A stretch of 20,000 nt of DNA from an uncultured virus (IMG/VR IMGVR_UViG_3300021431_000013). Taxonomy: Duplodnaviria; Heunggongvirae; Uroviricota; Caudoviricetes. Location of the stretch: the IMG/VR virus record IMGVR_UViG_3300021431_000013; one strand, written 5' to 3'. Below the pieces are notes generated by a model, which made no database searches, was not told where the DNA came from, and saw only the letters and a list, made by a program, of their open reading frames with translations. Position numbers and translations under genes: made by a program. This document shows positions 1 to 7,110 of the stretch, in pieces (within the stretch, counting starts at the first letter, position 1; the number at the start of each line of letters is the position of its first letter).

Positions 1-2
1 AC

Positions 3-173
3 TTGCTTGCAGACTTGGCGGATTTGCTAATTGATGTCGATTTTCTGGAAATGCTGGCGCATAAACCAAAAGAAGGGTCGATTTATGACTGTGCCGGACA
101 GTTTACGTTTGAAGATAGTCAAAATGCTTGGAATGACGAAGATGAAGAAGACGATGACGAAGAATGGTGGTAG
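3..173 (+). CDS. 3' end of a hypothetical protein with an acidic C-terminus (5'-truncated by the window)
   Basis: Frame open from position 3: LLADLADLLIDVDFLEMLAHKPKEGSIYDCAGQFTFEDSQNAWNDEDEEDDDEEWW*, with TAG at 171-173 just before a promoter. Confidence 0.7.
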   Translation: MLADLADLLIDVDFLEMLAHKPKEGSIYDCAGQFTFEDSQNAWNDEDEEDDDEEWW

Positions 174-178
174 AAAAT

Positions 179-210
179 CTATTTACAAATTCTAAAGTGT
201 GTTATATAAT
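179..210 (+). promoter_or_regulatory. sigma-70/sigma-A-type promoter of the packaging/lysis operon
   Basis: TTTACA (182-187), 17-bp spacer, TATAAT (205-210), intergenic. Shares the 12-mer CTATTTACAAAT with the promoter at 7073-7104. Confidence 0.75.
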
Positions 211-233
211 ACAAATATAAGGGGGATATGTAC

Positions 234-479
234 ATGGGCAATGAAGACACTACACTTGCTATGGAAATTCTTAAAGAGTTGAAAGCGAGTGCAAAACGAT
301 GGTTCATAGCATTTATCATTATGCTGTGCATTGAAATTGCCACGATAGGCGGATTCTTATGGTATTTAAGTTTACCTGTTGAAGAATACGTATCTGTCGA
401 AAACGATAGTGGAAACGCTAACTACGTTGGCAATGACATGAATGGAGATTTGTACAATGGCAAAGATAACAGTAATTAA
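234..479 (+). CDS. small single-pass membrane protein, hypothetical
   Basis: GGGGG RBS at 221-225 fits ATG 234 better than ATG 228. Hydrophobic segment WFIAFIIMLCIEIATIGGFLWYL, followed by a polar Asn/Gly-rich tail. Confidence 0.75.
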   Translation: MGNEDTTLAMEILKELKASAKRWFIAFIIMLCIEIATIGGFLWYLSLPVEEYVSVENDSGNANYVGNDMNGDLYNGKDNSN

Positions 480-525
480 ACGTAGACGCGGAGGCGGCGG
501 GCGAAGAAAGCGTAGACGCAGATAA
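457..525 (+). CDS. 22-aa Arg/Gly-rich basic micropeptide MAKITVIKRRRGGGGRRKRRRR (not in ORF track)
   Basis: GGAG at 444-447, ATG 457, TAA 523-525 overlapping the next ATG (TAATG coupling). Fills the gap between two genes. Confidence 0.7.
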   Translation: MAKITVIKRRRGGGGRRKRRRR

Positions 526-872
526 TGAATTATAAGAAAACCTTATTCACGCTTCAGAGTGCTATTAACCGGCACTCTGAAGCTAAAGTATTAGTAACCA
601 CAAATCAATGGTACAGTGATAAAGAGAATAAGCCCGTAACTGTTTATCACATCAAACGCAGAACCTTAGATAAAGTAAAAAACAAAGAATCGGTTGAGGA
701 GATATTTAAAACGTATAGTTTAATCCAAGCGATTCTTTTTTTACGTGATTACTGGTACCTAGAAAATAATTGGGAACCACCGACTGATAATGAAATGTGG
801 AATGAGGTGAAAAGTAAATGGCCGAGCAACAAAAAAGAGGACGCGGCAGACCAAGAAAAGGCGAGTTCGTAG
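525..872 (+). CDS. hypothetical protein (115 aa)
   Basis: Start coupled to the micropeptide stop. Overlaps terS by 55 nt. No family recognised. Confidence 0.7.
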   Translation: MNYKKTLFTLQSAINRHSEAKVLVTTNQWYSDKENKPVTVYHIKRRTLDKVKNKESVEEIFKTYSLIQAILFLRDYWYLENNWEPPTDNEMWNEVKSKWPSNKKEDAADQEKASS

Positions 873-1303
873 TTCCAAGCAGAGGCAGAACGGCTACTAC
901 TCCACTATCACCAGCAGAACAACGTTTCTTGACAGAATATATTAAAACAAGCAATATAAAAGAAGCAGTTATACAAGCTGGCTATAAACCCACAGGAAAA
1001 CAGACGTATAGTAATATAGGTAGAAGGATACTAGGTAGACCAAATGTTCAAGCGGAGTTGGAAAGAGTTATGGATGAATTACGTAAAGAGACTGTAGCAA
1101 CAGCGGAAGAAGTTATGGCATACTTTACCGCAGTGATGCGTGGAGAACTGAATGACCAATTCGGACTTGACGCACCGCTTGCTGAAAGAACAAGAGCGGC
1201 CCAAGAACTTGCTAAACGTACTATTGACGTTGAGAACAGAGCGAAGGGCAATGCTGATGTAAATGTAGCAATTAAACTGGATTGGAATCGTGATGAGGAG
1301 TAA
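818..1303 (+). CDS. terS: terminase small subunit with an N-terminal AT-hook-like motif
   Basis: GAGGTGA RBS. LSPAEQRFLTEY..SNIKEAVIQAGY and ATAEEVMAYFTAVMRGE..DQFG..ERTRAAQELAKR are typical Terminase_2-like segments. KRGRGRPRK at the N-terminus. Confidence 0.9.
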   Translation: MAEQQKRGRGRPRKGEFVVPSRGRTATTPLSPAEQRFLTEYIKTSNIKEAVIQAGYKPTGKQTYSNIGRRILGRPNVQAELERVMDELRKETVATAEEVMAYFTAVMRGELNDQFGLDAPLAERTRAAQELAKRTIDVENRAKGNADVNVAIKLDWNRDEE

Positions 1304-1307
1304 TATT

Positions 1308-1547
1308 ATGTGGGCAAAGAAAGATACTATTATTAGAACGATTGTTCTTACTATTGCACTTGTAAACCAGGCACTTGCTATTTTTGGCAAAGAAGCATTT
1401 CCTGTTACTGAAGACCAAGTATATCAGCTTGTTACTCTTCTTATTACTATCGGAGCGGCTGTTTGGGCTTGGTGGAAGAACAACAGTTTTACACGACATG
1501 CAGTATTAGCAGATGAATATTTCAAGGAACTGAACGAGGGCAAGTAA
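1308..1547 (+). CDS. phage holin, SPP1 family
   Basis: GAGGAG RBS (1295-1300) before ATG 1308. TIIRTIVL.IALVNQ.L..FG and AWWKNNSFT..A..AD signatures, two hydrophobic segments. Confidence 0.9.
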   Translation: MWAKKDTIIRTIVLTIALVNQALAIFGKEAFPVTEDQVYQLVTLLITIGAAVWAWWKNNSFTRHAVLADEYFKELNEGK

Positions 1548-2509
1548 TGCAGAAGGCAATAGACATTAGTTGTTTCGATAGAGAGGTTGATTTTTACAAA
1601 GTCAAGAAAGATGGCTATGTTGCTGTAATTATTCGTGCAGGATACGGAATGACAAACGTTGACCCGTATTTCTATGAGCATATACAGCAAGCGAATAAAG
1701 CAAATATGCCAGTTGGTATTTATTGGTTTTCCTATTCTTGGGATGTCGATATGGCCAAGAAAGAAGCAAAGAAATGTCTTGAACTTATAAAGCCGTATCT
1801 AGTACAGTTACCAGTTTACTTTGACTTTGAGTATGATTCAGATAAATATGCAAAACGTAAAGGACATGCGGTTTCTAATGCTACATTAAATCAGATGGCT
1901 AATGCGTTTTGCAGTGAAATAGAAAAAGCTGGCTATCAAGCCGGCATCTATTTTAATAAAGATTACCGGAATAATCGTTTCTATAAAGATTTATTGAATA
2001 GCTACAGTAAATGGTATGCTTGGTACAATGAAGAACTCGATGATTATACTGTAGATTTATGGCAGTATACAAGCAAAGGCGAAGTTGACGGTATACCAGC
2101 AGATGATGAAGACTTAGATTATATAGTTAATAACCGTATTTTTAATAAGCCTATCGGAGAAGATAAACAAGAAACAACACAGGAAGAATATGTAAAAGCA
2201 CTTCAGATAGCCTTGAATGTTTCTTATAACATGAAATTGCCAGTTGACGGTAAGTTTGGCAAGATGACTGAAGCCGCAGTTACAATCAATTATCTTTTCT
2301 ATAAACGACCAACAATTAAGAATACACATGTATCATGGCTACAAGGTACATTAAAAACACTTGGCTATAAAATCGAAGTTGACGGAAGTTATGGACCTGC
2401 AACTGAAAAAGTTGTCAAACAATTCCAGTATGATTATGAATTATACATAGATGGATGGGCTGGTCCAAATACACACAAGAAATTAATTGAGGTACTTAGC
2501 AATGAGTAA
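1547..2509 (+). CDS. endolysin: GH25 muramidase with C-terminal peptidoglycan-binding (PG_binding_1-like) repeats
   Basis: IDIS, IIRAGYG, GIYWFSY, PVYFDFE and LWQYTS.G.V.GI motifs. C-terminal LQ..L..VDG.FG..T repeats. TAATG coupling to the holin. Confidence 0.92.
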   Translation: MQKAIDISCFDREVDFYKVKKDGYVAVIIRAGYGMTNVDPYFYEHIQQANKANMPVGIYWFSYSWDVDMAKKEAKKCLELIKPYLVQLPVYFDFEYDSDKYAKRKGHAVSNATLNQMANAFCSEIEKAGYQAGIYFNKDYRNNRFYKDLLNSYSKWYAWYNEELDDYTVDLWQYTSKGEVDGIPADDEDLDYIVNNRIFNKPIGEDKQETTQEEYVKALQIALNVSYNMKLPVDGKFGKMTEAAVTINYLFYKRPTIKNTHVSWLQGTLKTLGYKIEVDGSYGPATEKVVKQFQYDYELYIDGWAGPNTHKKLIEVLSNE

Positions 2510-3020
2510 GACATTTTTACAAAAAGATTGGGGAACAGTTAAAGGCATTTCAATGGCAAATGCAGGTTGCGGACCAACAGCAATAGCTGATATTGTCTAT
2601 AACGTAGATAAAGATATTACACCGGCTAAAGTTGCTAGTTGGATGGCTTCTAATAAATTTTTTATAGCTGGAGGTTCTACTCGTATTGGTATTTCCAGAA
2701 CATTAACGAAATACGGTTTTCAGTATTTATACTTTACCCCAGAACATACCGGAAACGAAGAGTGGAAGTTTGCTTTTGATTTATTGAAGAATAGCCGTGA
2801 ACACGAGTGTTGGGCAATATTACTTACAGTCGGCACAAAGAACGGCGGTAAAGATAACAAGTGGACGTATGGTGGTCATTTTATCGCAGTAACAGATTAT
2901 GACCCAGATACTGGAAAAGTTTATGTCAGAGACCCAGCCGGAAAAAATACTGGTTATCATAATCCAGATACTCTGAAATATGATACAAACGCATTGTGGA
3001 TAATCTGTAAACAGTATTAA
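2502..3020 (+). CDS. stand-alone C39-like (papain-fold) cysteine peptidase
   Basis: GAGGT RBS before ATG 2502. Q..W, AGCGPTA (Cys), GGHFIAV (His) and VRDP (Asp) catalytic pattern. No cell-wall-binding domain or signal peptide visible. Confidence 0.85.
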   Translation: MSKTFLQKDWGTVKGISMANAGCGPTAIADIVYNVDKDITPAKVASWMASNKFFIAGGSTRIGISRTLTKYGFQYLYFTPEHTGNEEWKFAFDLLKNSREHECWAILLTVGTKNGGKDNKWTYGGHFIAVTDYDPDTGKVYVRDPAGKNTGYHNPDTLKYDTNALWIICKQY

Positions 3021-3032
3021 GGCGGTGAGTAA

Positions 3033-4364
3033 TTGGCGACTAATCCAACATTTACAGGCGCCACTATATCGCTGAAAGATTGTATAATACCTATGTATGA
3101 CGATGTTTTGATGGACATATTAAAGCATCGTCATACACACTACATTTTCCCAGGTGGTCGAGGAAGTACTAAATCATCATTTGTCGGCGGTATATGTGTG
3201 CCAATGCTAATAATGCAGAATCCAAAAGTTCATGCAGTCTGTTTTAGAAAGGTTGCAAATACAATTCAAAATAGTATATTCTCGCAGGTTGTTTGGGGAA
3301 TATATCAGATGGGCGTTGAACAATTATTTAAAATACCGAAAACATACAGCACACCTATTGTATATTTACCAACAGGACAAATGATATACTTTATGGGTCT
3401 TGATGACCCAATGAAAGTAAAGTCTATTAAACCACCGTTCGGATATATTGGTGTTACGTGGTTTGAAGAACTTGACCAGTTTTCTGGTGAAAATGAATTA
3501 CGTACTGTAACACAGTCAACAATGCGTGGTGGTAAGGTGTTCTGGGATTTTAGAACATTCAATCCCCCTATCAGTAAAAACAACTGGGCAAATGAATATA
3601 CTGAAGACTGCGAAGTTTATAGGCAAGATAATACACTCGTTACTAGAAATACATATTTAGATGTGCCAGAAAATTGGCTTGGTCCTCAGTTCATAGAAGA
3701 AGCTGAAGACTTAAAGAAGATAAATCCAAGAGCATATGAACATGAGTACATGGGCATAGCTATTGGTACTGGTGGTGATGTATTTCAGAATGTTTGTGAT
3801 ATGGATATGAATGAACCAGTACCCACGTTCGATATATATGGAAATACTACTGGTGTTGTTCCTAAGTGGCAAACATTTGACCGTATCTATAACGGTATTG
3901 ACTGGGGATTTGCTCGTGACCCATTTCAATTTGTACGCTGTCATTTTGATAGAAGTCGATTAGACCTATATGTTTTTGATGAGTACAGAACACTTAAAAC
4001 TAGAAATGAGACAGTCTTTAAGATACTATATGAAGAGGAAAAGAAGCTGTCAACAAATGAACTTGTAATAGCAGATAGTGCCGAGGAGAAATCAATCGCA
4101 GACTTTAAAGCATACGGCGCCTATATACGAGGTGCTGTAAAAGGTCCAGATAGTATTAGATACGGTATTAAGTGGTTACAGGGTTTACGACATATTTATA
4201 TTGATAAACGTAGATGTCCGCATACATTTAGAGAATTTACTCAATATGAGTATGAACAAGACAAGGACGGTAACTTTGTTTCTGCTTATCCAGACGCTGA
4301 TAACCATAGTATTGATGCTGTAAGATATGCGATGGAGAAATACGCTAATAGGAGAGGTAATTAA
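3033..4364 (+). CDS. terL: terminase large subunit, PBSX/SPP1-like
   Basis: TTG start after AAGGCGGTGA. Walker A GGRGSTKS, Walker B WFEE, nuclease motifs GIDWGF, ADSAE and NHSIDAVRY. Confidence 0.95.
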   Translation: MATNPTFTGATISLKDCIIPMYDDVLMDILKHRHTHYIFPGGRGSTKSSFVGGICVPMLIMQNPKVHAVCFRKVANTIQNSIFSQVVWGIYQMGVEQLFKIPKTYSTPIVYLPTGQMIYFMGLDDPMKVKSIKPPFGYIGVTWFEELDQFSGENELRTVTQSTMRGGKVFWDFRTFNPPISKNNWANEYTEDCEVYRQDNTLVTRNTYLDVPENWLGPQFIEEAEDLKKINPRAYEHEYMGIAIGTGGDVFQNVCDMDMNEPVPTFDIYGNTTGVVPKWQTFDRIYNGIDWGFARDPFQFVRCHFDRSRLDLYVFDEYRTLKTRNETVFKILYEEEKKLSTNELVIADSAEEKSIADFKAYGAYIRGAVKGPDSIRYGIKWLQGLRHIYIDKRRCPHTFREFTQYEYEQDKDGNFVSAYPDADNHSIDAVRYAMEKYANRRGN

Positions 4365-5014
4365 TGAACTACGATGGTGGTAAATTACAAACACGAATAC
4401 TAGAGCAGAATATTTTAAATCTTACATATGCTCAGTTTGAAGGTGTTGGTGAGTATGATATTCCAGAAATGTATCCTGTTCATATAGATAATTTAAAAGA
4501 TGTACCTATACAAGGTTTTAATTTTGCGTTAAAAGAACAGCACCCAGAAAATATAGGTGTTCATTTCTTTTTACACGATTATCAATTTGAACGTGTATGG
4601 AAATATCCAGATAGATATGTTGAAGTATTAAAAAAATTTGCTTACGTATTATCACCCGATTTTTCTCCTTATGCTGATATGCCGAAAGCATTACAGATAT
4701 ATAATGTATATAGAAATAGATGGTGTGGTAGATATTGGCAAGAACACGGCATAAAAGTTATACCGACATTTACTATGGGCGATACAGATTTATTTAAAGT
4801 ATTCTGTACAGGTATTCCAAAGCATAGTACGATAGCAATATCAACAATGGGTGAAGGACGTTGGGGCAATTTTAGTTATTTACGTACTTGGTGGAATGTC
4901 ATACTCGCAGAATTAATGCCCGAGACAATACTGTTATACGGTAAAGATTTAACTAATGAGTTGAGCGGTAATATCGTATTTAAGAAAATGATAAGTTCAA
5001 AGGTGGCGATATAA
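4364..5014 (+). CDS. DUF4417 domain protein
   Basis: VHFFLHDYQFERVW, VLSPDFSPYADMP.ALQIYNVYRNRW.G..WQ..G..VIPT match the DUF4417 pattern as I recall it. TAATG-coupled to terL. Confidence 0.85.
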   Translation: MNYDGGKLQTRILEQNILNLTYAQFEGVGEYDIPEMYPVHIDNLKDVPIQGFNFALKEQHPENIGVHFFLHDYQFERVWKYPDRYVEVLKKFAYVLSPDFSPYADMPKALQIYNVYRNRWCGRYWQEHGIKVIPTFTMGDTDLFKVFCTGIPKHSTIAISTMGEGRWGNFSYLRTWWNVILAELMPETILLYGKDLTNELSGNIVFKKMISSKVAI

Positions 5015-5277
5015 TGGCTGTAAAGAGACATCGTGGTGGGAAATATTCAAACGTTACTTTTGCTAATGGTGATTTTGGTAGAAATGACGCTGGTACTGCT
5101 AGAGAAGCAAGACCTAATACTGCTGGTCAAGCTAGGGAAATGGGTCGTGGTGATGGAACGTACACGTTCTATAGTAGGTCACGTGGTTATTTAACAGTAC
5201 ATGCTGATTCATTTGAAGAAGCATGGAGGCAAGCACGATTACTTGGTTACAGTAAGCGTAACTATAGGAAGAGGTAA
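5014..5277 (+). CDS. small basic Arg/Gly-rich protein coupled to DUF4417
   Basis: AAGGTGG RBS and TAATG overlap. MAVKRHRGGK N-terminus, internal repeat AGTAREA/AGQAREM, basic C-terminus SKRNYRKR. Confidence 0.75.
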   Translation: MAVKRHRGGKYSNVTFANGDFGRNDAGTAREARPNTAGQAREMGRGDGTYTFYSRSRGYLTVHADSFEEAWRQARLLGYSKRNYRKR

Positions 5278-5279
5278 CT

Positions 5280-7061
5280 ATGACATTAGTAGGAAATGTT
5301 TTAACAAGACTAAAGGAGTTATTACGTACAATGATTGGAAGTAAAACCATTGAACAGGCGTTAAACGTCAACTATGTTATTTCTCCAGAAATGGAAAAAG
5401 CGATTCAGCTATGGACAAATCTTTATAAGGGTAAACCTGAGTGGGTACACGAACCGACACAGGATGACCCAACCAGAGTTGTCAGTTTAGGTATTCCAGC
5501 TATGATTGCAAGTGAAAAAGCAAGAATGGCATTACTTGAGTTTGAATCTAAAATCACTGCTCCGATAGAAGAAGTCGAAGTAGATAATCCTAATTATACA
5601 GGACCGGATACTGATGATTTAGGAAATTTAATTCCTTCTGCTGAACCAAAAGTTATTACTGAGACAAGAATTATTGGAAATCCAGAAAGAGCAGATTACT
5701 TAGATAAGCAATACGTAAAACTGAAAAAGCAATTAAGAAAGCAGATTGAATATGGTATTGCTAAAGGCGGTCTTGTTATTAAGCCATATGTTGTTGTTAA
5801 TGGAACAAAAACAACAGACGGCATCAATTCTGATATTACACCCACAATAGATATTGAATTTGATTTCGTTCAAGCAGATTCATTTTACCCGCTTGCATTT
5901 GATGCTTCTGGTAAGATTACTGAAGCCGCATTTATTCAGACCAAAACAGAGAAGGAATATATTTATCGAAGACTTGAATATCATAAGTGGGAGAATAATG
6001 TTGTTACTGTTTTAAATAAAGCATATAAGAGCAAAAATCTAGTTGGCAACACGGTCAATGATTCTCAACTTGGTGATGAGATTCCATTAACAGATGTACC
6101 AGAATGGAAAGATTTGCAGGAGCGAACAATTATTAAGAATGTTACCCAACCGTTATTTGCATACTTTAAAATGCCAGATGCAAATACGATTGATACAACA
6201 AGTCCGCTCGGTGTATCTGGTTTTAGCCGTGCTGTATCGTTAATCAAAGATGCTGATTTACAGTATTCAAGATTACTTTGGGAATATGAAGCTGGCGAAA
6301 TGGCTATTGATATTGATAGGGACGCACTTAGAGAGGTTGATTTACCTAACGGACACACTCAGACTATACCAAATCATCTGCAAGCACGATTATTCAGAAA
6401 AGTGGACTTAGGTTCTGCATCTGATACATATCAGCCGTTCGCACCGTCATTACGTGACCATAATTATATAGATGGTCTTAATACTATTCTTATGAGAATC
6501 GAAGATGTATGCGGCATAAGTAGAGGCGCACTTTCAGATAGTGCTGAAGTTGCCAGAACTGCTACTGAATTAAAGATTCTTAAACAGCGAAGCTATCAGT
6601 CCAATGCAGAAATACAGAGTGCTATTGAAGACGCCCTTAGAACCGTTGTTTATATAATGAACGTTTATTCTACATTATATCAGATAACACCTGAGGGTGA
6701 ATACGAGATAAACTTTGAGTGGGATGATAGTATTATTGTAGATATAGACGAAGAAACAAATAAGCGTGTAATTCTGTTAGATAAGGGTATCACTAGTGTT
6801 GTTGAAACTCGTATGTGGTATTTCGGAGAAACAGAGCAACAGGCTAGAGAGGCACTTCAGAAAGTACGTGAGGAAAGACTTGAGAATTTACAAAATGAAC
6901 TGCTGATGGAATCCACGTATTTTAATAATAAGCGTGACGGCGAAGAAGGCGAAGGGGAAAACGGCGAGAATAATAATCAGAACTTCAATAATAAAAATAA
7001 GATGTCAAATAATAAAAATCCAGACAATAATAAGTCTGCAAATAAGGCACCTACCAATTAA
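5280..7061 (+). CDS. portal protein (A118/SPP1-like) with an Asn-rich low-complexity tail
   Basis: Position after terL. RRLEYH, PLFAYFKMP.AN.ID..SPLGVS.FSRA, YSRLLWEYEAG, TATE.K and FEWDDSI motifs. Confidence 0.92.
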   Translation: MTLVGNVLTRLKELLRTMIGSKTIEQALNVNYVISPEMEKAIQLWTNLYKGKPEWVHEPTQDDPTRVVSLGIPAMIASEKARMALLEFESKITAPIEEVEVDNPNYTGPDTDDLGNLIPSAEPKVITETRIIGNPERADYLDKQYVKLKKQLRKQIEYGIAKGGLVIKPYVVVNGTKTTDGINSDITPTIDIEFDFVQADSFYPLAFDASGKITEAAFIQTKTEKEYIYRRLEYHKWENNVVTVLNKAYKSKNLVGNTVNDSQLGDEIPLTDVPEWKDLQERTIIKNVTQPLFAYFKMPDANTIDTTSPLGVSGFSRAVSLIKDADLQYSRLLWEYEAGEMAIDIDRDALREVDLPNGHTQTIPNHLQARLFRKVDLGSASDTYQPFAPSLRDHNYIDGLNTILMRIEDVCGISRGALSDSAEVARTATELKILKQRSYQSNAEIQSAIEDALRTVVYIMNVYSTLYQITPEGEYEINFEWDDSIIVDIDEETNKRVILLDKGITSVVETRMWYFGETEQQAREALQKVREERLENLQNELLMESTYFNNKRDGEEGEGENGENNNQNFNNKNKMSNNKNPDNNKSANKAPTN

Positions 7062-7072
7062 AAATTAACAAA

Positions 7073-7104
7073 CTATTTACAAATGTGGTAAAATGTATTA
7101 TAAT
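7073..7104 (+). promoter_or_regulatory. sigma-70/sigma-A-type promoter of the scaffold-capsid-tail transcript
   Basis: TTTACA (7076-7081), 17-bp spacer, TATAAT (7099-7104). Same CTATTTACAAAT as 179-190. Confidence 0.8.
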
Positions 7105-7110
7105 TTAATT

